NCBI GenBank assembly: GCA_023515795.1
Contig: JALGPX010000005.1
Span: 186,001 to 210,185, forward strand
Origin: Amoeboaphelidium occidentale
Taxonomy: Eukaryota
Reading direction: 5' to 3'
DNA: 24,185 nucleotides
How positions within the stretch are numbered: the stretch's first letter is position 1; every line of letters starts with the position of its first letter. Made by a program: the position numbers and the translations under genes. This document shows, piece after piece, positions 1 through 12,945 of the stretch. The notes beneath the pieces were generated by a model. The model searched no databases, was not told where the DNA came from, and saw nothing but the letters and a program-made list of their open reading frames with translations.

Positions 1-3000
1 TCTGTTTCTCTCTTCTTGATTCCTATTTCTGGCCTTATCTTATCAAGAATGCTGTTTAGAATCTTGTTCTGTAAACCCCTGCTTGTAACAGTAAAATTGA
101 CAAGCTTGCATTTGCTTGAAATGTTGAAGCTATTAAAATCAAAGGAAGACAATCTGCTAAACAAGAATAGTTTGAAATTTGGCGAAACATCAACTTCATC
201 AATATTGGAATTCCCTGCACCGCTGCCCGAGCCCCCTGAAGCAGAAGCTTTCGTGTGACCGATACGAATAAGGTTTCTCCCACCAGTTCTTTTTATCTCC
301 TTCGCTAATACAGGGTTTACAATAGGATCAAACATTTCAGCATCCTGAATAATCAGAATGTTTCCGAATCTTATGCAGGACTCTAATGTCTTCTGAAGGG
401 AATCATCCAAGAAAGAGCTAACAATGACATTGTTCTTGCCCTTTAACTCATAAAACTTCTTCAAAAAGTTGACTGCTTCGCCGCTTGGATCAACTATCAG
501 CGGATACTTATTCTCAAACAGTGGTCCAGTTAACATCAGGGCGTTTTCGCAAGCAGTTTCATCGTTGACCGCAAGTCCTGCATTTTCCCATTGATTCCTT
601 TCATCGAAACTTTGAATATTGTAATCAACAAGAGCAAGGCTTGCATCAAAGCTGATACTTGCTGCATCCAACTCCGTCTTATACAATGACATGATATCCG
701 ATCTGGTTTTGTGATCGTAATAACCAGCATAAACAAAAAATAAAGCAGACAAGAGAACATTGCCAGTCAAGTTTGCGAGCTTTTCGCGGAAGAGTTGACA
801 GGTTTCAGTCCAACGAACTTTTTCCTGAGATAGATTTTGAATAAGCGCAACTGATCTCGTAACTTTCAAGTTAAGCATATCCATATCTGCTTTAATTGCT
901 TGAGTGCTAGATATTAACATTGCGTATTCATCCTTGTATCTCTTAATTGAGCTCTCCAACTCTTCAATCATACTTTCCATGGATACAAGCTTTAGACGTG
1001 TGGACTCTGCTTCATTTTCTAACGATTCGACTTCTTCTCGCAACGGACCAACCTTATTCAACATTTCGGAGTAAACAACTTGAGCTATCAGCCATTGAAC
1101 AAGCGGACCGCAAGCTTTACTAGCCCGATTAACCGATTCAAAGTTGAAGTCGGAATTAGAGAGATAGTCTCTTTTAATTCTGTCCCGTAACTCTTTGGTC
1201 ATTTTCTCGTTTGTGTCAAAGTTGACAATCGAAGGAATGAAATCGTCCTTTCTTATTTGTTGTTGAACACTCTTCCAATCTGGAACGCTTGCGCCGGGCT
1301 GCAAAAGCTGGCATACAGCCTCCATCGTAAGTTTAACTAAATTAGGCGGGTTAGCCATGGATCTAACTTCAGTCAACTGCTGCTTCTTGATGTTAGAGAC
1401 GCTCTCTTTTGCTTCTTGGACAGCTGGTTCTGCTTTGCTCAAATCTTCCATCACAACTTTTTTCCTACTTTCAATCTCCTTGTTTTTCACTTCAAGCTGT
1501 TTTCTTATATTCAAAGATATCGCTTTCTTCTCTTCCGCTTCCTTTTGATCATTGACCATTTGTTCCAGTTTTTGATTTGCAAGAATGGACTGTTCCTCCA
1601 ACTGATCTTGCTTCTCTTTCAAATTCTTGCGCAATTCAGAAACAAGCTTAACGGTCTCTTCAAGCTTCTCCAAACCATGATTTACATGAATTTGCTCCTC
1701 TTCTAATTTCTGGCGCTTTTCTGTGTACAACTTGACAACTAACCTCAACACATCAAAAATCTGTCCAGCACTGACAACATTATTCTTTACACTCAAATTC
1801 TTGGTGAGTTTATGGCAAGACAGAATCGTTGAGGTAATGTTTCTCAGATTCAGTTCTTCGTCCCTTGTAGATTCATTTGTAACAAAATCGAGCTTCGACA
1901 AAACCTTCTGTGCAATCTCAACAATAGCATCGTCTGAAAATTCACCATACCAATTCAGAACACACCTATTAAACAGTGCCGGAGAAGCTGTTGCTTTGTT
2001 TGAATCTTTTGAAGGAACATTCATTGTGAAAACTACATGAAGATTCCTGGTTATCATCTTTTGGAAATACTGCGGCAATTCATCCTGTTGTAACAATAAG
2101 CCTTCTTTGGAGGACGTTTCCTTGCATTGAGCAAGAAGTTGGTTATAATCATCTGGTTCGAAGAGACCAGGGACTTCTCCGTTAGCAAGTAAAGTGTTGA
2201 GTCTCTCGAGGAAAGATGTTTCCAAAATATTTGACTCGTCAATTATCAGACAGACCTTTTCTCCTTTGGTTCCAGTTCTTCTTAAAATTCCACGCAAATC
2301 CTCATCAAAGTCGCTAGAGGTGTACTTCTTACTTGTTCTCAATTGAACGACAGATATTCCATTCATCCAGCAAACAAATTTGGTCCAGCTACTTCTACCC
2401 GAGCCTAAAACATGAGATCAGACAAACGTAAAGATTACCGGCAGCCCCAATAAGAAGTAGATGACCTTGTGGTTGGCGGAGTACCCTATCGATCCTTAGT
2501 AAATGGTCAATCGCATCCTTGTACAAAATCAACTCCATATCCATTTCTTCCTCATAGAACACTCTTAATCTCGCATCTAAAAAGTTTGTAATTGTTTTCT
2601 CATCGACGCTAGTGTAAGCTCTTGTTAGCCAAGAACTAAACAAAATAGGTCTCTGTAACGCTTGCTTGTGATTTACTGAAGGGAAATGCTCTTTAACGAT
2701 TCTGTCCAAAAGATTATCTGTCCACTGTCGTTCATCATCGCTAACCAATCTGTCTTGGAAGAGTCTGAGGGCCTCATAAGCAAAAATGCGGACCAAGCTC
2801 TCAGCTGAAACCATAGTAGCGCCACTATCAACCGGTCTTATGGCTTCATAAATTCCTCTTAACCACCTTGTCAATTCACGAGGTGAGTAAATGTAATGTT
2901 TTTGTTGATCTTGTGTGAACTTTGACTGCGATTCTAGGAAGAACGAAACCATCGCTTCAGTCAGTTGGTCAGACATACCCTTGAGATTAGGTGCAACTTT

Positions 3001-6000
3001 CAACATGGCCTTATTAAAAGTCTTGTAAATTTGAATTAATGATTCTTTTCCAGGATAATCAACCATCAAGACGGAGGAATGTCGCAAAAATCTGCTGCTC
3101 AAAGGAACACGGCCTGGATCGGTTGGAGGGTTACATGCTCCAACGAACTGTATTCTTTCCAGAGTAACCCATTGTTTATCATTTGTTCTCCAGAAACCAT
3201 TCTTTTCAACTAGTTGGCGGAGGAATGAAACAACTCTCTGAGTACCAAAATCATCCAACTGAGGCAAATTGATTTCATCACAAAAGAAAACCAGACGTTT
3301 GGCAGTCAAAGAAGATTTAGGTCTCATAACATAACCGCTGGCCATTTTTCTGTATTCAACATGTTGTTCCATAGTTTTTAGAAGGTATTCTGGCGATGTG
3401 GAAGAAGAAAAGTTCAATCCCACGACATCAACATCAGATCCGCTGCTTCGCAAACAACTGAATAGAGACATGGACTTACCAGATCCCGGCGGCCCACTCA
3501 GAACAACAGCTCTTTGTCTTCTAGAGTTAAACAACAATGCTTTTAGGAGATTTTCATGTCTTTGTGTATCGATTGTTGGAATAACGACCAAGTCGCCACC
3601 TTTTTGTAAAACAGCATGGCTTTCTAAATCAATGCTTGGTACTCTTGTTCTCCAATTGAACCAATCTCCTGTTGGAAGCTCGACGTCTACATCTAGCAGC
3701 TTTTGGCCTGCAGGTAGGACAATCGTTAAAACTTTGCTAGCAATAAAATCACACAAAGCTTCCCTTCCTTTAAGGTTACTATCACCAGAGAAGGACCAAA
3801 ACAAGCAAATTAATAATTTTCTAGAGAAAAACATCTCCAAAGCAGTTGAACCAGGACCGCCAACTAATTCCAAAAATTCTGGATGAGCTATCTGATAGTT
3901 TGCAACCTCAATTATACATGCGTCTAGCAATGCAAATAAGTTCTCAAGACACTGTTTCTCGTGGAAATCCATAATGTGAAAGACGCTTCTTTTGGAAAAT
4001 TCTCCAACGGAAGAGATCAAGCCATTGCTGTTTAATTGCTTGAACACAGTTGCTGCGCTTCTCTGAATATCCAACAGGGATGCTCCATTTGAGCTTGCTT
4101 TAAGTTCAGCATCAAGGTCTTGATCCATAGAAAATGACTCCAACCCGCTCAGATACCCTTCAACAATAATTTTGGAAGTAACTACTTCAGAGTGGAACCA
4201 TATCATACCACAACGACTCACTGTGGCTAACGTGGCGTTCTTCAGATCTTCTACTTCGAATAAAAGTCTCACATTGTTGGGCAATCCCAGTCTTTCACCA
4301 TTCGGCAATGTGAGCATCTTATTGTCATCCAGAACACTACAATGATTAAATGTATAACTACAATTTACCTGTTCAAATTTTCTATCCAAATAGGATCCAC
4401 TTCACCATCAAAAACAACCCAATGAGTCTTATCCATTTCACCACGAACATTATCAATTATTCTACGCAAGACGCTAGTGAATAAGCCATCGCTCCATTCT
4501 CTAGTTGTATTGTCAAGAACACCGTAAAGCTGATCTTTAGACATTGTCTTTGGGTTGATGTTGTAAAGAATAACTTCTTCGTTCTTGTTAGACTTGCGCT
4601 CTAATTCAGGCAAGCATTTCGCAAGAACGCTGATCGCTGAGGATTTTCCGCTTCCTGAATTACCGATTACCATCACACCATGATGGATTTTGAGGAGTTT
4701 ATGGAGTTGTAAGATCTTTTTCGTGAATGCGGTTTCTGGCAAAAGACCCAGATTTCCACAAGCTTTGGCAATAACTTCAACCGCTTCTTTATCAGCATCA
4801 TTAAGAGATCCTCCGTCCAAATACGATGGGAAGAAATCTCGCAATAAGTTCTTGAACAACGTTGTATCTTGACTCACGAGCTTAGGCTCAATCGTTTCAA
4901 TAATTGCATCAATTAGGATCTGAGTCTCGTTAAGGGCGTTGTTGAGCTTTTTGATGTTCCCAGCGCTAGCTAACACACTCTTTAAAGCACGCAATCCAAA
5001 ATCATAGTGACTTTGTCGGCTTAGTTGTTCATCCATTAGTTGAAACAGCGGCACAACTTTGTTCGATAGTATTTCTGCCTGCAAAAAGCCTTGGCTATAC
5101 AACAAAACTTGGGCAATCAATTCTTTGTCCGGTTTAGTCATGGCAATAGGCCTAAACAACTTTTTCAAATTGTTAGGTAATTGACTTCTTCCGGAATAAT
5201 CAGGATTCATAGTAATGAAAACTGCAGTCTCGCTGTTCAGTTTGATTTCCTTACTCAACAAGCTGATAGACACAGTTGATTCCTCTTTTGTATACTTACG
5301 AAGACCCTCTTGAATAGTCTGAATTTGCTGGGAAACTGATGACAACATACGTTCACTCAAACGATTAAACTCGTCGAAACAGACCCAAGCTCCGACCTGG
5401 CATAAACCAATGAAGATTCTTCCCATCGCCGTGTAATCAAACTGTTCATCACAACAAAATACTAGAACAAATCTTGCCAATTGAGCTCCCAGGAACTTTA
5501 CAGATTCTGTTTTACCTGTGCCAGCCGGACCAAACGGAGACGCTCCGTATTTGTACTTCAATGCTTGAGTTAGAGTCAAATTGCAGCGGCTTGTCAACGG
5601 CGTTTGAATCAGTCTTTCAGACAAACCAACATATTCAAATCCGTACTCAATTTCAGAGTCTGCCATTTTCGCTACTACTCCAGTTTTCGTTGGGTAAAAG
5701 CGTAAAAGATTCTGCCATTCTGGATCAGTAACAGATTTTACTTTTTTATCCAACCTTCTTGCAGTATTTCTCTGATATACCAATTCAGCGATAAGTTGCT
5801 CGCACTTCTTTCTTAGCAGGAAAGTTACAGTTCCAGAAGATGCGGTTCCAGAAAGCACACTGATTTGCTTCTCAATAGATGAAACCAGATCCGACAAGCA
5901 AGCATCCGAGATACTCGTCTCCATCATTGTTGTCCATTTGATCTGAAAACACAAAATCACAATCTGGGCAGGATACTTTTGAATCCAAGAAACCAAAGAG

Positions 6001-9000
6001 CCAGTATCGTTCACATTCAAAGCCTCCAGGCCATCTCTTAAGCTTTTAATTAAACTCGTCTTAGTCTGCTTCTCTACTTCTCCTAGCCACTCGTTAATTC
6101 TCATAGTTTTGAAATTAATTGGCTCGACAAAAGCAATTTGTTCTTCCTCCTTGCTTTTAATTCCTGCGATATTTCCATCTGAATTCACGGCGAAAGAGTT
6201 GATTCCAGCAAACATGCGTTTCATATGTTTTTCAACAACGTTCAAGTTTTTGCTGTTACCAATAATTTCCAGCAAGGCCTCGTCACCAAGGAAATAGAAT
6301 CTCGGAAAGAGACTCCTTTCTTTTTCCAGATACTCTCCCAGAGCCTTCTGAATTTTGCCCAAGATTTCAGATAGCCTCTCTAATAACTTCTCAACATTGG
6401 GAATTTGAATCAAATCCAGTATTAATGGCGTCTTCAACACTTTCTTCGCCAAAGTTATAAATTCTGAATTAATCATCGAGAAACGATTGAATTCCTGAGG
6501 AAGCAGGTTCTTTATATCAACGCTGGCTCCAAAGACACCCTCAAGATAAACCCATTGCCTCTGAACATCTATCCAAGAGTCAAAGACCGAATGAACCTTC
6601 TCCAGCTTCTCTTCCCAACTTATAACTTCATCCTCAAATACTTTGAAGTATGGAGAGCCTTTCATAGCTTGAAGTCCTGAAAGGTATTCGCTGCATTTAG
6701 CGAAAATATCATCCCAGCCTTTGATCAACTTCAAATTTTGATTGTTCGATGTAAAGGATACTAAATCAACCGCATAAGATTGCCAGACATCTTTAACTGA
6801 CTTTATGTATTCCTCCAGTGCCATTTCCCCGTTTGCAACTGACAGGACATCTTTGACTACGGTTTCGTTCCTCACTAGGTCGAGATCGTAAATCTGTCCA
6901 AGGGTCATTTGATTCAATCCTACTGACACAGTAACGCTAAGTCTCTTGAAAAGGTTCCTCCAATGGCGCTCTTTCATACTGTCGCCGCGCAACTCGACTA
7001 CCATTCCGTGAATTTTGACCAAAGACTTAACATAATTCATCAGATATTCAAAAGCTTCATATTGTCTGCTAGATGCTGGCAAGTCTTTCAATTGACGTAT
7101 CAAAGTGTCCAATTTCTGGCGTAATTGGCGACCAACGATAGATTGAAATACAGTCTGCTTCAGTTCATCAATTTCAGACCATACTGTGGACAGCTCGTTC
7201 CAAACTTTCTTTAAATTCAATAACTCATCGATTGCGGGCTCAAGCTCATCCTCTGAGACACTTTTAATGAGAAGCGCTTCTTTGGCACGGGCTAGTTGAC
7301 TCTGATCCTCGCGTAGCCTTTTCAATTTAGATTCAAAGTCAGCCAAAGATTGTAAGGCAAGTGCTGGCTTAATACTTCCTTTAAGAGGCTTTTCCTTTTT
7401 CCATTCTTCTAAAACGATTTTAATTTTGCCAGTCAGAACAGAGTCTTCACTCTTGATTTGAGCTTGCAAGCTCTGCAGATGTTCTTCCATGATAGCCTTC
7501 TTTCTCTTGAACATACCAGAAAACGCATTCCATTCACCTTCAACCTTCTCAAAGTAGGTCCAATTTTCTGGGAATGAAACCCTCTGCCTCTCGAGTAACT
7601 TCTGGCCGGCTGAGAATGTTTTCAAATCTTCCTTGTATTTTCCATGATTAACTTTAAGGTCTTCAATGAATGTAATGTAAGAAACGGCTTCTTTTGTTGT
7701 GCAGGAATCCAATGGAGCCCGTTCTTCTAATTCATGTCTGAAGTGAGAAATTAGCTTGAAAAAGGACTCTGACTTTTCTCCGAGCTTTGTCATGAACTTC
7801 ATAATAACCTCTTTTTGCCATAAATCGTACTTTGCATTGACTTTTTGTTGAACTTGCGAATAATTGACAACAATTAGGCCAAAAGACTTTTCAAAGTCTT
7901 GATTATCAAATATTGTTCTTGCTTGCTTAATTTCATTAGTAACTTGGATCCATTTTTGCAAATCATCACCCAGCTGATCAAGAACAAAATTTGGTTCCAA
8001 ATCCCATAAAGCCTGATATCTAAGCCATTCTTGGCAATAGTTATCAACATTCTCAATTTTCTTATCAATTGCAGAATAAGTTTCAGCGTTCAGAGCCACA
8101 TTAATCTTCGAAGGAAGGTTTCGAAAAAGAACATTATCTGCAACGCTTCCATCGACCTGTTGGATGTTTGTAACAATTTTTGGCAATAAGGATACTTGAG
8201 AGTACAATTCATGAAGACATTGAAAACAATACAAACGTGCTTTGTCCAAAGAAGGGGTCATACAAAGAGCCTGATTCTTCAAGTTCACTTCAACTTTGAA
8301 AACAGACGCCGATGATGTCTTTTCCAGCACATCTGATTTCCATGTTTTTACTTCATCCTCCAACCTTTTCACAAGGATGCCCTCGAGGCGCTCATTCAAT
8401 TTCTGTGAGAAAGACTCTGTATTGCTAAAAGACTCAGCAACAAGCTGGTCCATCAATTCTTGGATCCTCTTGATCACTTTCTGAAACTCTTTCATTTCAA
8501 ACAATACATTCTGTAGTTCAACCAACTGCCGCTCCAAATGCTTGAAAATAGAATGCAAAACCAAAATTTTCTCTTGCATGGTAGAAATCGTGGAATACAA
8601 TGTTTGAACAACATTCACAGATTCAGACTCTGTGGAAACTTCATTTCCCACGAGAATCAACTGCTCCCAGTTGACAAGGATCGCGTTTTTAACAGCACCT
8701 TGCACGGCTTTGTAATACCCAGCAATTAAAAGCTTTTGGTCTTCTTCCATCAGATTAACTTTCTGAACAACCTTTTCGTATCCTCTTACTGATTCACTCA
8801 AAGTGACAGCATGCGGATAAACTCTTTTTGCATCCTTAGAAACCTGCAAGATAGAATGGGGAACTTGAAAGCCTAACCATACCAAATTGCGAGATTCTTT
8901 GAATAACTTCACCATATCAGAATCAAAGTTAACCTTCAATTCAAACTTTCCAGTTGCACGATTCTTTAGTACCGACATAGCAGGGCCAGATATCTGCAGA

Positions 9001-11047
9001 TTTTTCTTTCCCATTCCACTTAACCAAGTATCAAACAAAGGTTTAACATCAAGTTTAGCACTAAATGCAAGATACTCAGAATGCAACTTCTGTCCTTCAA
9101 CATAAGATTCCCATCCTTGTCCGAGAATGCCTTCAATCTTTTTCATATATTGGTTCAACTGGTTCTCAATCATCTTGGTCCAAATGATCAGGCCTGCTGT
9201 TGCAGGTATATCTCTGGCTTGATGCATTTTAGAGACATCAGCTGAGCGGTAATCAGACACAAACTTTGTATTCAATCTATGAATATCTTGTTTTACATTC
9301 TGGATCAATTGATTTTGATATTCTTGAATGGCTCCTCTTATCTTTGGCCTCACAAACAAAGCATTGAAAGACAAGAAAATTTTGAACATATCATTAGAGC
9401 TCTTAGCGTTGCTGAGTTGATCTCTCAAGTACAAAATGATATGATTCTCAACCCGCGAAACATTTTCATTGTAATTAGCTTCAGCATCAGCCCATTTTGA
9501 TGTACCTTCTGTGGTTGTATCAAGAATATCAACCTTCTGCAATTCAGAAAACGCAAAATTAATATCAGCCAACGCTGTTTGTTCATTGATTCCCAAATTT
9601 TCCTTATTCTCAGAGTTCAATACAGTACTAAGGATTTCATGCAATTGGAAGTGTTGTCTTCTGAATTCACTCAGATATTCAACACGATCTTTCAAAGCCA
9701 AATGGTTTGCGTTAACTTTAACTAAGATGAACTTTGATGTTCTCTTTCTTCCAACTTCTCTTGCAACGCTAACAAATTCTTTCACTTGTTCGTCCCACTC
9801 TTTGAAAGCGGCATCACATGAAGCAATAACTCGTTTAAAATCATCATAAGACAACTGAAACAATCTTTTGCTCGACAATATTTTGTAGCACTGATCATTT
9901 AAATCAGATGATATAACTTCTACAAGCGCAACAGCTCTTTCAACAGGGTAGGCAGATAGACGCAACTTCTTGTTTAAATGCTGAAAGATCAACGAAATAC
10001 AGTTTCGAACTCTATCCATATCAGAAACAGCCAATAGATCTGAAATAGGAAAGTCTCGGATGAGTACATTATACTTTTGGACCATCTCCTGGACCTCCTT
10101 CAATCCCGTATCAGCCACAAAACTAACAGTCGCATGAAACCTCTTAGCACTCTTCAAAACATCCATAGTCAATAGAAACCCATCTTCTTTCAACATCAAT
10201 TCAATTTTTTCAAGCTGTTTCTCCATACTTAACCAGAAGTCAATTTCCTGAACAGCATTACCTCTCTTAACATCTCTTGTCAGTCTTGTAACCTTCTGGA
10301 CTTCCTTAATCCAAACGTTAACTTCATTTTGCAACTTATTCAAGAAAGTCGTGTCCTGTGCGATCGCTCCCAAATCCTCAACTGTGGCTCTTTTGCCACC
10401 ATTCTGACGTGCTTTATCTATAGCCTCTTGAATAACTGGATTGATAGCCAAACGCACTTCCGGAACTTCAACATTCTGCTGCAACTGAAGAAAACTTAAC
10501 TCAAGTTCCGCTAATCTCTTCTTCGTACTCGCTAACTTCAAGCTATCCGACGCACCAGAGTCCTTTGAATGAACAAACGGTGAAATGGCATAATGCAACA
10601 ACGAATACAAAATTTCGTAAATAGAGGCATCACCCACAGGAAATGCAACTATAGTCAGCTGTTGCTCTAGGTTACTTAAGACTTGCCCTTTCTTCAACGC
10701 AACCACCCACGAAACAACACCCGAAGCAGCAACGACAGGGCTAAGCTCTTGATACAAAGCAACCTCCACATCTAAAAGGGCAATATTAAGCTTCCGGAAA
10801 CCTGTACAGATTTACGTGAAGATGTTTTCGATACACCAATATATGCAGCATTTAATGCAGGATCGTTAATAAACTTTTGCAGAACTTCAGGCTGAAACTT
10901 GCACTTGGCATCCTTTCCAAAAGACGCAGCAAAATACTTTTCCAAGTAATTTTGAAGTTCCTCTGTAGAAACGCCTTGAGCCGCAGCTACGGTATCTCCC
11001 ACATCGTTTAAACCCAGTTGGTTCGTTTCGTCCGAACTCTCGGTCAT
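1..11047 (-). CDS. DYN1: Cytoplasmic dynein-1 heavy chain, 3' end beyond the window; exons 11047-10816, 10771-4369, 4336-2439, 2404-<1
   Basis: Tail and linker (FPRFYFLGDEALLEIIG), AAA1 GPAGTGKT and CFDEFNR, AAA2 GNSGSGKS, AAA3 GPPGSGKS and CDEINLP, AAA4 GAAGSGRS, stalk/MTBD (EVRSMANPP...NRASKACGPLVQW) and AAA5 (YPLIVDPSG). Three GT-AG introns restore the frame: 10772-10815 (44 nt), 4337-4368 (32 nt, gives ENLNSVLDDN) and 2405-2438 (34 nt). The last exon was read by hand and is open from 2404 to position 1; the ORF track misses it because there is no stop. Confidence 0.97.
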
Positions 11048-11190
11048 CCTTTGTTTGAAAAAGATCTCCTTTCGAACTATCTATTGGATATAAAAAAGAA
11101 TTAGCCAAATTAGATATTGAAATAGCGTTTTGCCTTTGTGTAACGGTAAAGTATTGCCGCGCTAAGAACCACATCTATCACGAACCAAGA

Positions 11191-12797
11191 TCACTTCATG
11201 AGCGTTTCAAAATCGGACAGAGTAATATCTTCTCGACCTGACCTGATGCAATTCATGCCAGCTTCGTTGATAAGGCATTTAAGTTTTGAAATGTTCCACC
11301 CTTTGGTCTTGTTAATCAATTCATCACAATCCTCTATGTACTTGTTAAACATATTTCTTCTTTGCTCTAAACCAACACTATCTGGCACGCGATGAATATA
11401 ATCAAACTTCATTCTGCAAGATATTTCTTTGCTAGAGATACAAATTATTGTACTATCAGAGTTGCACACCAAAGCAACGAGTTCATCAGGATACATGTCA
11501 AATTCATCAAGCACAACAAAAGGGCTTTGCAAAAGATATCTTAAAGCACGAGCACCCTCTCCGTATTCTTTTTTGATAACATCCGATAAATGAACAGACG
11601 TTACGGGAACACCTAAAGAGGCTGTAACGGATCGGACTAAATGTGTTTTGCCTGTACCTGAATTACCAACAACCAAAATACGCTTAGCTTTTCCAGACTT
11701 CAAGACTCTTAGAAGTCTATCTTCCACCTCGCCCATATGAAATCCGGACGGAACTTTTGCAATTGTTGAGTGAAAGTTCGAATTTTCCTTTCGTTCTGGT
11801 AGCACTAAATCGTACTTGAATAAAGACGGCAAATATGATATAAAAGGATACTTAAAATCGTAAATAATTCTTTGGAGTCTCATTAGTCGATAACGACTAG
11901 TCTCTGATGTAGGTGGGTCATCAATGTAAAACACAACATGCTTAGAATGGTATCGATACAGCTTCTCAATATCATGCAATTTCTCTGAAACTTCTATGCA
12001 AAGCCAATCCTTTTGCCTCAATTCGTATAGCAAATCAAAGAATCTTGTTTCATCCTCCACCAATAGACTCCTAGCGCCACACGAAAACACGCTGTCTGAA
12101 TATTTTAGATTTTCAAAATCAGCGTAGCTTTCAGAGTTGACCCAAAATAATCTGGTTTCTTTGTTAATTTTGAAAATATCGGTTGCTTTACAATTAAGAC
12201 GAACCTGCTGCAACTGTCCCATCATATCAGGCAACATATACGACCTCTTTGCGTCTAGAATCGTGCACTCTTTGCTTTCCAAGAATATATCATTGAGAAG
12301 TAATTCTGTTGGAGTAAGATGGCAATATTTAGTTTCCAGTGGTGCGATAAGACATAGCTCATTGATAAGGACAGCATCCACAGGTTCAACGCGATAAGAC
12401 TTTTCTTCCAAACCCAAAGAATCCATTAATTCCTTAGACATGAATAAAGTGTTCTTTGAGAGCAGAGCTGTTTCCTCTGCGTATCTTCTCTTTGTAGGTG
12501 ACCAGTTAATATCTGGCTCTGCTTTTATTCCGACGTGCTCAATAAATACTGACCATCCGCTAATCGAGTACCAACCTGTACTACACAGCGTGTCTCTGCA
12601 GAACGCATAGAAATTTCGTAAGCAAGTATCTCCCAAAACGGTAGAAGATAGCCTCTTTGGAATCGAAAACGCCAAAGGATCCGAAGGTAGCTTTCTGATG
12701 TCAATAGAATCAACCATCAGAACGAATGGAAAAATTGTTGTTACAGAGTTGGTCCGACACTATATAGATGCGATATAACCACTCTTTCAATTTTCAT
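11191..12797 (-). CDS. Divergent AAA+ ATPase (Cdc48/AFG2/Pex1-Pex6-like); probable exons 12797-12745 and 12694-11191 (~518 aa); unspliced alternative start at 12717
   Basis: Walker A GNSGTGKT, Walker B VVLDE and a C-terminal lid-like segment GWNISKLKCLINEAGMNCIR...ITLSDF. A possible decayed first AAA module precedes it (RSLLV...VVFYIDD). A 50 nt GTAACA...TTGACATCAG intron (12695-12744) joins MKIERVVISHLYSVGPT in frame. Confidence 0.8.
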
Positions 12798-12945
12798 TTA
12801 TTTCAAGAGATTAATTAGCGTAAATGCAGCTTGAGTTACGCCAACAAAAGCCTCAACGTCTGCTGGCCGTTGATTGAACCATCAAGACATCATTTCTCGT
12901 TCTGGCCTACATGGCGCGCTTTTATTATCTCGCAATTAACATAAG

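Noticed and set aside
2395..4389. Dynein split into separate ORFs, suggesting a pseudogene or naturally split gene
   Set aside because: Each break is repaired exactly by a short GT-AG intron that restores conserved motifs.
16..9849. Many short + strand and off-frame ORFs overlapping dynein (e.g. 3398-3886, 9511-9849)
   Set aside because: Antisense or shadow frames of a long conserved CDS, with no recognisable motifs.
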